Of a stretch of 32,000 bases of DNA, positions 9,499 through 16,883 are shown piece by piece. Position numbers and translations under genes: made by a program. How positions within the stretch are numbered: the stretch's first letter is position 1; the number at the start of each line of letters is the position of its first letter. The notes under the pieces are model-generated. The model saw nothing but the letters and a program-made list of their open reading frames with translations. It was not told the origin of the DNA and made no database searches. Source of the DNA: Moraxella nasovis (GTDB lineage: Bacteria; Pseudomonadota; Gammaproteobacteria; Pseudomonadales; Moraxellaceae); assembly GCF_022701215.1 (NCBI RefSeq), contig NZ_CP089976.1, forward strand, positions 510,001 to 542,000, written 5' to 3'.

Positions 9499-9530
9499 AT
9501 CTTATAAGCGTGTCACAGCATCTTATAAGC
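9499..9530. repeat. Two exact copies of ATCTTATAAGC spaced 21 bp start to start
   Basis: The copies are at 9499-9509 and 9520-9530. Each contains the 8-bp palindrome CTTATAAG. Confidence 0.9.
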
Positions 9531-9542
9531 AATCTGACAATA

Positions 9543-9576
9543 AAAACGTCTTACCTTTTAGTAGTAAGGCGTTTTT
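9543..9576 (+). terminator. Rho-independent terminator downstream of tctA
   Basis: AAAACGTCTTAC (9543-9554) pairs with GTAAGGCGTTTT (9564-9575) with one mismatch, and T5 runs 9572-9576. It lies about 115 nt after the tctA stop. Confidence 0.65.
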
Positions 9577-9898
9577 ATCATGATTAAATCTCACCGTATA
9601 GACCCAAGACAATATCTTAATTTTTAGCACTGACGACCTAAGACCACCCAAAACACCATTGGCAATCATATCTATGATGTATTTGTCAGCAATCAAAACT
9701 TGCTTAATACAAGCATATAATCAAAAGCTCATTTTTACCCTGTGTGCCACAAATTGATGTCATGCCAGTATGGGCGTAAAAATCGCTTGCTAGACCACAC
9801 ATCTAATAAAACACCCTACTAATGTGGGGTTTTATTACCGAGATATAACTTACAATAATCATAACGTTAATTAAATTGTAAATAAATGTTTATTAATT

Positions 9899-9933
9899 AA
9901 CCTTATAAATATCAATCATTTATAAGGTTTTTC
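9899..9933 (+). terminator. Terminator-like hairpin with no annotated gene upstream
   Basis: AACCTTATAAAT (9899-9910) pairs with ATTTATAAGGTT (9918-9929) around a 7-nt loop. The T run at 9928-9932 overlaps the end of the stem. The stem is AT-rich, so strength is uncertain. Confidence 0.4.
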
Positions 9934-10038
9934 TTGGATATTATTCTTGTTATCTAATAAATCAAATTTGAAAAATTGTATCTAATTTGTTAAGCTAGTT
10001 AACTTAAGCCCATCTTATGGCTTTGAATTTTAATAAAA

Positions 10039-10093
10039 TTTTTATCAAATGACGTTTATTTTTTGCATATTTAGCAAGCGTATTTGATAAAAA
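10039..10093 (+). promoter_or_regulatory. Candidate betT promoter bracketed by a 12-bp perfect inverted repeat
   Basis: TTTTTATCAAAT (10039-10050) and ATTTGATAAAAA (10082-10093) form the repeat. Between them lie TTGCAT (10063-10068), a 17-nt spacer and GATAAA (10086-10091). The right arm overlaps the -10 candidate. The region is AT-rich, so a chance occurrence is possible. Confidence 0.35.
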
Positions 10094-10128
10094 CTTTTTA
10101 ACTTAACGAACGACTTTAGGACACTTCA

Positions 10129-12153
10129 ATGAGTTTAAAACGTTTTTATGAAAAGTCGTCCTTTAATCCTGTTGTAACAGGAGTGACGATTTTTTTTGTG
10201 GTGGTGCTGGTCGCTGCCACCCTTTTATTGCCTGAGCAAATGGGCTTTATTTTAAGCGAAGCTCAATCAGGTATTTTTGCCAACTTTAGTTGGTTTTATA
10301 TCTTCTTAGTATCGCTTTTTTTGTTTTTCTTATTTTTCTTGGCAGTCAGTGGATTTGGCAATATTAAGCTTGGCACAGATGAAGAAAGTCCAGAATTTGG
10401 CTTTTTTTCATGGCTTGCCATGCTGTTTGCCGCTGGTATGGGTGTAGGCTTGATGTTCTTTGGCGTGGCAGAACCTTTGTCACATTTTGGCTCAGACATC
10501 ACAACAGGCACGACCCAAGAGATGAGTAAGCAAGCACTACTACATACCGCATTCCACTGGGGGATGCACGCTTGGGCTATCTATGCTGTTATCGCACTTG
10601 CTTTGGCTTATTTCGCCTTTCGTTATAAGCTACCGCTTGCCTTACGTTCATGCTTTTATCCACTACTAAAAGACAAAATTAATGGCGGTATAGGTAATGT
10701 CATTGACATTCTTGCTTTAACCGCTACATTGTTTGGTATCATCACAACGCTTGGCTTTGGCTCAGCTCAGATGGGGTCAGGGCTTGTGGAGATGGGCTGG
10801 ATAAGCGAAACAAGCTTTGGGCTTCAGCTAATCGTCATCATCGTCGTCATGATATTGGCAATGCTGTCAGCCATCAGCGGTGTCGGTAAAGGCGTAAAAA
10901 TGCTTAGCGAGATTAACTTGGTGCTTGCCATCTGCTTATTGCTGTTTGTGCTTGCCACAGGTCCTACGCTGTACCTACTAGGGGCATTTAATGATAATTT
11001 AGGCGTATATTTTAGCAACCTTGTTCGCTTAAGCTTTAAAACTTATGTCTACGAACCGCAAAACACTGGATGGTTTAATGGCTGGACAGTGCTGTACTGG
11101 GCATGGTGGTGTTCATGGGCTCCATTTGTCGGTCTATTTATCGCACGTATCAGCCGTGGGCGTACGATTCGTGAGTTTATTTTTGGTGTGCTTGGCATTC
11201 CTACGATTTTTTGTATTTTGTGGTTTACCATATTTGGTAACAGTGCCATTTGGCTTGATACAAACGTTACAGATGGCTCACTCTCTGCTTTGACTGGCAC
11301 GCCAGAAGTACTGCTGTTCCGCTTCTTAGATTTATTGCCTTTATCTGGATTAACCAGTCTGGTTGCTTTACTTAGCATTGGCTTGTTTTTTATTACGTCT
11401 GCTGACTCAGGCATTTATGTACTAAATAACATCGCCTCTCGTGATAAATCAATGGCTTCTCCAGCTTGGCAAGCTATCATGTGGGGTGTGTTAATGTCGG
11501 TGGTATCCATCGTGTTGATCGCCTTTGGTGGATTAGGCACTTTACAGACAGTTACCTTAATTGTAGCACTTCCCTTTGCTGTGATTATGCTACTGATGTG
11601 TGGAGCGTTATTTATAGCCTTAATTGCTGACACCAAATACTTTAGTAGCGATTTTGCCACAAGCTCCATCACATGGACAGGCGATAAGTGGAGAGAACGC
11701 CTAAATGTCATGCTTAATCAAAGCGACGAAAAAGAGATCTTACAATTTTTAAAAGGCACTGCCCTGCCTGCCATGCGTGAGCTGCGTACTGAGCTTATCG
11801 ATAAGTACGGTCTAAGCGTTGAAATTCAGACACTCTTTGAAGCAGACGAGCCTGCAGTCGAGCTGATTATCCACCAAGACACGGTGCGTGATTTTAGCTA
11901 TGGTATTCGTTCGGTTCGCCGAGAGATTGCTGAACAGATGGTGCATGACAGCAACCTGCCACACATTCAAGAGACGGTAAGTTATGAACCTTTAACCTAC
12001 TTCTTTGATGGTCGTACAGGCTATGAAGTACATTATATGACGCATAATGAGCTTATCAGCGACATCTTAAAACACTATGAACGCTATCTATCACTGATGA
12101 CTGATGTCGGTCAAGATGTTATGTCGCACGATGCAAGCAATTTGGCAGAATAA
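10129..12153 (+). CDS. betT: BCCT-family (betaine/carnitine/choline) transporter with long C-terminal cytoplasmic domain, BetT-like
   Basis: A 674-aa protein with 12 TM segments and the BCCT signature region (WTVLYWAWWCSWAPFVGLFIARISRGRTIREF). Its roughly 170-aa hydrophilic tail matches E. coli BetT in size. Confidence 0.9.
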   Translation: MSLKRFYEKSSFNPVVTGVTIFFVVVLVAATLLLPEQMGFILSEAQSGIFANFSWFYIFLVSLFLFFLFFLAVSGFGNIKLGTDEESPEFGFFSWLAMLFAAGMGVGLMFFGVAEPLSHFGSDITTGTTQEMSKQALLHTAFHWGMHAWAIYAVIALALAYFAFRYKLPLALRSCFYPLLKDKINGGIGNVIDILALTATLFGIITTLGFGSAQMGSGLVEMGWISETSFGLQLIVIIVVMILAMLSAISGVGKGVKMLSEINLVLAICLLLFVLATGPTLYLLGAFNDNLGVYFSNLVRLSFKTYVYEPQNTGWFNGWTVLYWAWWCSWAPFVGLFIARISRGRTIREFIFGVLGIPTIFCILWFTIFGNSAIWLDTNVTDGSLSALTGTPEVLLFRFLDLLPLSGLTSLVALLSIGLFFITSADSGIYVLNNIASRDKSMASPAWQAIMWGVLMSVVSIVLIAFGGLGTLQTVTLIVALPFAVIMLLMCGALFIALIADTKYFSSDFATSSITWTGDKWRERLNVMLNQSDEKEILQFLKGTALPAMRELRTELIDKYGLSVEIQTLFEADEPAVELIIHQDTVRDFSYGIRSVRREIAEQMVHDSNLPHIQETVSYEPLTYFFDGRTGYEVHYMTHNELISDILKHYERYLSLMTDVGQDVMSHDASNLAE

Positions 12154-12171
12154 TAGGTCAATCATTGTCAT

Positions 12172-12203
12172 AAAAAAGCAAGGCTAAAAGTCTTGCTTTT
12201 TTT
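12172..12203 (+). terminator. Rho-independent terminator after betT
   Basis: An A6 run precedes GCAAG (12178-12182), which pairs with CTTGC (12192-12196). T7 follows at 12197-12203. Confidence 0.8.
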
Positions 12204-12220
12204 ATGATAATAGCTTGTAT

Positions 12221-12762
12221 TTAGAAGGCTGATAGGTCTGTTTTTTCATCAATTTTAATATCTAATATTTGCTTATCACCAATCGAGCTTTTTAAGCACT
12301 GCACGCCCGCTTGGTGAGAAACCTTGCCGCCATTAAAGCCACAATAATGGGTTAGCACCATAGGTCTTATGTTATATTCAAACAAGCTGGTTGCGACAGT
12401 TAAAACAGCAATCTGTATCCACACCCACAACAAATATTTTATTGGGTACTTTTCCATCATTAAGCTAAGAGATTCTTTGAATAAAGCTAGGATTGATACA
12501 ATTGTATATGTATTTATCAAACACAACGTCGACATATTGAGCATAGCCATCAATAAGGCTTTTTTCGTAATCATCTTTAAGCTTATGCCAATTAAAAAAT
12601 CTTTCATAGGTGCTATTATCAGCATTTAAAAAATCTTGTCGCAATAACACTGTCAAATTTTTTTAGATCAAGCAAATGCTTTATATTTTGAGAAACTGCC
12701 TTTGTTTGTTCATGACAAGCAAAGCCGTTTTACATATCAACAATCAATCAAATATTTTTCAT
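12221..12762 (-). pseudogene. Isochorismatase / cysteine-hydrolase family pseudogene (multiple stops and frameshifts)
   Basis: Read on the minus strand from ATG 12762-12760, the sequence gives MKNI-TGA(12750-12748)-LIVDM-TAA(12732-12730)-NGFACHEQTKAVSQNIKHLLDLKK. The frame changes at or near the A7 run (12661-12667) and continues LTVLLRQDFLNADNSTYERFF...NPSFIQRIS. After a TAG at 12467-12465 it reads LNDGKVPNKIFVVGVDTDCC. A second frame change near 12400-12410 gives VLTVATSLFEYNIRPMVLTHYC...SAF and the stop at 12221. VDMQNGF and VGxxTDxCV are the family's catalytic Asp and Cys motifs. Confidence 0.7.
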
Positions 12763-12971
12763 TTTTATCTTTGTTTTACAACTATAACGGTAGTATAAAT
12801 AACTAAAACTAAAGCCAATAATATCATTATAAATACATCTTCACTTGACATACTGCCAGATATCATGTTTTTTTAATGGTTTATAAATACTAACCAATGC
12901 AAATAAAACAATTGTCATTTCATCAAATTTTTCTTATCATATTACCTAAAGTTAATAACTTATTTATTTGG

Positions 12972-13000
12972 TTGATTATAATTATTTTTTATGATATAAA
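12972..13000 (+). promoter_or_regulatory. Sigma70-like promoter candidate
   Basis: TTGATT (12972-12977), an exact 17-nt spacer, then TATAAA (12995-13000). It sits in very AT-rich DNA, so a false positive is plausible. Confidence 0.25.
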
Positions 13001-13395
13001 TTGACCGAGTTTATCAATCCGACAAGGAATGTTTATGGCAACTTCCCCTGCCAGCTTTAGTCTGCACGCAGGCACTATTGACCGCACACTAATTAGCCAA
13101 TTGCAGTCTTTTTTTTTTTGATATTCTAAAGTCTAGAAAATATAAAGATGAGGAATTTGCCTTTCGTCGTTATTCTAAGTTTAATTTTTAATGGTCAAGT
13201 AAGTGTAACCCGGCTTTTGGCAAGTGATAGCTTGTGCAAGGCGGTAACACTGTCCGCTTGCAGGGCGGTGTTGCGTGCCGTTATAGCAACTAGCCCAAAA
13301 GGCACTAAAAATTTAACTTATTTGCATTGATGACTCATATTACATAATCACGCAACTATCTTACCACCACAACAGCACTTAACTTAAGGAAATTT

Positions 13396-14652
13396 ATGTT
13401 TACCTCTAATCAGTTAAATCATATTCGGGCTCAGTTTGATGCCTTGCAACGCTTGGATGATGCAGGACAAAAACCCTTGTACTTTGATGGACCAGGCGGC
13501 TCACAGCTGCCAAATACCGTCATTGACGCCATCAGTGATTATTTACGCCTTGGTAATAGTAATATGGGTGGTCATAACCATGCAGGGCAAAACACCACAC
13601 AAATTAACCGTACCGCAAGACAGCAGGCAGCTACTTGGCTTGGTGCAGATAGCGATTCTATTGTCTTTGGGCTAAATTCTACAAGTCTGATGTTTAACGT
13701 CAGTCGTGCCATCGCTCAAACATGGCAGGCAGGCGAGAACATAGTCGTGTGTAGCCTAAACCACTTTTCGCACGTCTCTTCATGGGAGCGAGCAGCACAC
13801 GATAAAGGCGTAGAGGTTCGCACCATTGCTTTAAATGCCGATAAAAATGACTTAGATTATAATATGCTAGATACTTTAATCGATGAAAAAACCCGATTGG
13901 TAGCAGTCACTTTAGCCTCAAACGTCATTGGGACAATCGTCGATGTCAAACGCATCATTGATAAAGCCAAATCAGTAAATGCTTTGGTCAGTGTTGATGC
14001 GGTTCATGCCATCGTGCATTTACCTGTTAACGCTGCACAGATGGGGGCAGATTTTATTTTTGCTTCTGCTTATAAAATTGGCGGCCCTCATCTTGGCATG
14101 ATGTACGCCAAACACGAACATTTGCAACACTTAAACCCCTATAAAGTTGAGCCTGCCACCAATATCGCCCCCATGTCTTGGGAGCAAGGCACGCAGTCTT
14201 TTGAAGCTCAAGCAGGCTTTATCGCCATGATGAACTACTGGGCAAACTTAGCATTTGATACACCATCTACCGCCCTTACACAGGATAATAAAAGCCTTGC
14301 CTACCAAAACGTAGTAGCCCATGAGCTTACTTTAAATAAGCGGATTTTAGAGCATTTTGCCCGTCGTCCCCACTTAAAACTGTACGGTAAAACCACCGCA
14401 AATGATCGCACACCTACTTTTGCCTTCAACCTTGTAAAAGATGGGAAAATCCAAAATGGTGCTGCACTCAGTGAATACCTAGGAACACGCAACATTGCTC
14501 TTGGTTGTGGTAATTTTTATGCCAAAACGCTGGTAGAAAGCCTATCTCCAACAGCTGCGGTATTGCGACTTGGCTGTCTGCATTATAATACGGTAGATGA
14601 GATTGATGAACTATTTGAAATCATGGACTTAGCAATCAACCAACTGCCTTAA
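13396..14652 (+). CDS. Class-V PLP aminotransferase, cysteine-desulfurase-like family protein
   Basis: AAGGAA SD. The 418-aa product has the fold-type-I class-V layout, with the PLP lysine in FASAYKIGGPHLG (an SxxK...GP motif as in NifS/CsdA relatives). It has no IscU/SufE partner or obvious pathway neighbours. Confidence 0.82.
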   Translation: MFTSNQLNHIRAQFDALQRLDDAGQKPLYFDGPGGSQLPNTVIDAISDYLRLGNSNMGGHNHAGQNTTQINRTARQQAATWLGADSDSIVFGLNSTSLMFNVSRAIAQTWQAGENIVVCSLNHFSHVSSWERAAHDKGVEVRTIALNADKNDLDYNMLDTLIDEKTRLVAVTLASNVIGTIVDVKRIIDKAKSVNALVSVDAVHAIVHLPVNAAQMGADFIFASAYKIGGPHLGMMYAKHEHLQHLNPYKVEPATNIAPMSWEQGTQSFEAQAGFIAMMNYWANLAFDTPSTALTQDNKSLAYQNVVAHELTLNKRILEHFARRPHLKLYGKTTANDRTPTFAFNLVKDGKIQNGAALSEYLGTRNIALGCGNFYAKTLVESLSPTAAVLRLGCLHYNTVDEIDELFEIMDLAINQLP

Positions 14653-14655
14653 CAT

Positions 14656-14691
14656 AAAAAACCGATTGAATTAAAACTCAATCGGTTTTTT
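14656..14691. terminator. Bidirectional rho-independent terminator between convergent genes
   Basis: AAAAACCGATTGA (14656-14668) pairs with TCAATCGGTTTTT (14678-14690). The A and T tracts on either side serve both strands. Confidence 0.8.
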
Positions 14692-14700
14692 AATTCATAA

Positions 14701-16245
14701 TCAATCAATCGGTGGTGTATAAACTCCGTTTTGAATATCATCTTTAATGGCGTTTGCCTGCTCTAGCACTTGAGCTAATAACGCCTTGACATTATCTAAT
14801 GTGGCAATTGGGCTTAAGGTGGTCATCTTTAACGACTGTACATCACGGTTATTATCAATCACACGAGTTACGCCAATATTTGCCTCACCTTTGGCAAACA
14901 GCTCATCTGCCACATTCTGATTTAAGCTATCAATCAACTCATCAGGATAGCCCTTTGGCACAACACGAAACAGCACAGACGCAAATTGTGGCTCAACAAG
15001 CAGTTCAAGCTCATCACTTGCCTTGATGTAATCGGCCACTTCACAGGTCAAATCCACACCATGGTCAATCATCTCACCATAAAGCGTTTCACCCAAAGCC
15101 TCAATGGTAAGCCACAGTTTTAAAGCGTCAAATCGGCGAGTCGTCTGCAATGATTTTGATACCAAATTTGGTACGCCATGCTCTTCATCATAAGCAGAAT
15201 TGAGATATTCTGCTTCATAGTGCATAAAGCGGTAATTTTGTTCATCTTTTAGTAAAAACGCCCCACACGAAATGCTTTGAAAATAATGCTTATGAAAATC
15301 AAGAGTGATAGAGTCAGCCTCTTCAATGCCAGCGAGCTTATCACGGTATTGGTTGGACAACAATAACGCCCCACCCCATGCCGCATCAATATGTAGCCAC
15401 GCACCGTGGGCGTTTGTAATCTTACGCACTTCTTTGATATCATCAATCGCCCCTGCATCGGTCGTGCCTGCCGTTGCCACCACGCACGCAATGATGTTAC
15501 CCTTATCGGTCAATTCGCTCATAATGCGTTCAAGCTCTGCCGTATCCATTTGGGCATGGTCATTGACAGGTATCGCAACGACCGATTGAAAACCCATACC
15601 CATCATCGCCATGTTTTTTTGTACGCTAAAATGGGCATTTTGCGAGCATAACACCTTAACTTTTTGCATAGCGTCAGCAGGAATGCCAAGGCGTTGTACT
15701 GACCACGGTTCACCTTTGTCATTCTTAAAATGCTTGGCAATGCACCAGTCACGAGCAAGTAGCACACCCATCAAATTAGACTGCGTACCACCTGACGTGA
15801 ACACGCCTGCCGTTCCTACCCCAAAACCTGCTTTTTGGCGTAACCAGTCAATCATCTGCACTTCCATCAATGACCCTGCTGGCGACTGATCCCACGAGTC
15901 CATAGACTGGTTAGTGGCGTTAATCAAAACTTCAGCAATTTGGCTTGCCACCATGGTTGGACAATGAAGATGAGCGAGTGAATGGGGGTGATGGACTTTT
16001 AGGCTGTTGTTCAAAAAAATCTCTACCGCACGGTTTAGGGCGTTTTCTAGCCCCAAGCCGTCTTTGTTTGGGTTAAAAGCGATTTTTTCTCTTAATTGTC
16101 TAATACTACCACCTGTGTACATTTTGTCGTTTTGTAGCCAGTCGCTGACAGCTTGCACGGCGGTGTTCATGTTTTTTTTATAATCAGCAATGGACTTAGA
16201 GTCATTGCAAAATAAAGCTTGTCGGTTTTCAGATAGGCTTGGCAT
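14701..16245 (-). CDS. ddc: L-2,4-diaminobutyrate decarboxylase (group II PLP decarboxylase)
   Basis: A 514-aa product with AAGGAAAA upstream. Group II decarboxylase motifs are present ([10 protein letters not shown] and the PLP lysine in [12 protein letters not shown]). It is paired with dat, as in the Acinetobacter and Haemophilus 1,3-diaminopropane pathway. Confidence 0.9.
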   Translation of the reverse strand: MPSLSENRQALFCNDSKSIADYKKNMNTAVQAVSDWLQNDKMYTGGSIRQLREKIAFNPNKDGLGLENALNRAVEIFLNNSLKVHHPHSLAHLHCPTMVASQIAEVLINATNQSMDSWDQSPAGSLMEVQMIDWLRQKAGFGVGTAGVFTSGGTQSNLMGVLLARDWCIAKHFKNDKGEPWSVQRLGIPADAMQKVKVLCSQNAHFSVQKNMAMMGMGFQSVVAIPVNDHAQMDTAELERIMSELTDKGNIIACVVATAGTTDAGAIDDIKEVRKITNAHGAWLHIDAAWGGALLLSNQYRDKLAGIEEADSITLDFHKHYFQSISCGAFLLKDEQNYRFMHYEAEYLNSAYDEEHGVPNLVSKSLQTTRRFDALKLWLTIEALGETLYGEMIDHGVDLTCEVADYIKASDELELLVEPQFASVLFRVVPKGYPDELIDSLNQNVADELFAKGEANIGVTRVIDNNRDVQSLKMTTLSPIATLDNVKALLAQVLEQANAIKDDIQNGVYTPPID

Positions 16246-16828
16246 GGGCTTTTCCTTTTTTAATAAAGAAGATGAAATTTTATAAACCTATAATAATAAA
16301 AAAGCAAATAGGCATAAAAATGGCTAAATAAACTTACCAACGAACGCAGCTTGGTAATTATCAAATTTGTAATTGTAAAATTTGAACTCATAAAAATCCA
16401 ATCGTTTAATTTTCAATACAATTGATTGGCTATGATTATTTTACCATCTTTACTCACTTATAAATTTACCCTTACTGTACGCGTTTAACACCAATAATGT
16501 TTTTGTCTATTTTTGAACATAAAAATACTTAGCTTTATCGCTTTATCATCTATCTAAACAAAGAGCCACGCTAATATCTTAAGTTTTGATAATATAACTT
16601 TTTGCATTATAAAATCTAGCAAATTGACAAATCACTGTCTTTACCGACCTTTTATAATATATAATAAAGCTCATAAAATCATCAGACATATCTGTCGAAT
16701 ATCAAGTGTGGATTTTATTTTCAAAATTTTGATAAACAAAAAAGCAGGTAATATAAAGATTTGTATTTTTAGTATTTTTAGATAGCCCAGATAACATACC
16801 TAAGGATAAAATTTTTGTATCTTTAGCA

Positions 16829-16864
16829 TAAAAAACGGCAAAGCCATGCAAACTGACTTTGCCG
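16829..16864 (-). terminator. Rho-independent terminator immediately after dat
   Basis: On the minus strand, CGGCAAAG pairs with CTTTGCCG (plus-strand 16836-16843 and 16857-16864) around a 13-nt loop, followed by a T6 run. It begins about 20 nt after the dat stop. Confidence 0.75.
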
Positions 16865-16883
16865 TCATAAGCTTAATAAATCA

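Noticed and set aside
9499-9530. Direct repeats, considered as a possible CRISPR or tandem array
   Set aside because: There are only two 11-nt copies with a 10-nt gap. No further repeats or cas genes are present, so this is not an array.
9522-9716. Stop-free minus-strand stretch of about 65 codons (..IKQVLIADKYIIDMIANGVLGGLRSSV..), considered as a transposase or other gene fragment
   Set aside because: It has no start codon or SD, and I cannot recognise a family. The ADK.. resemblance to DDE transposase motifs is too weak. It is mentioned only within the intergenic finding.
12369-12629. 86-aa plus-strand ORF, and the 134-aa and 63-aa minus-strand ORFs treated as separate genes
   Set aside because: The two minus-strand ORFs are consecutive fragments of one decayed isochorismatase-family gene. 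The plus-strand ORF is its antisense shadow.
13107-13121. Phe-codon run (FFF) at the end of the 28-codon ORF, considered as a pheA-style attenuation leader
   Set aside because: The Phe codons are simply the reading of the T11 tract. The downstream gene has no link to phenylalanine metabolism, and there is no classic 1:2 / 2:3 / 3:4 alternative pairing around the codons.
13148-13330. 60-aa plus-strand ORF (MRNLPFVVILSLIF...)
   Set aside because: It has no SD upstream of its ATG. It spans AT-rich filler plus the GC-rich structured island, and the opposite strand is equally open there. I treated the region as a possible RNA element or relic instead.
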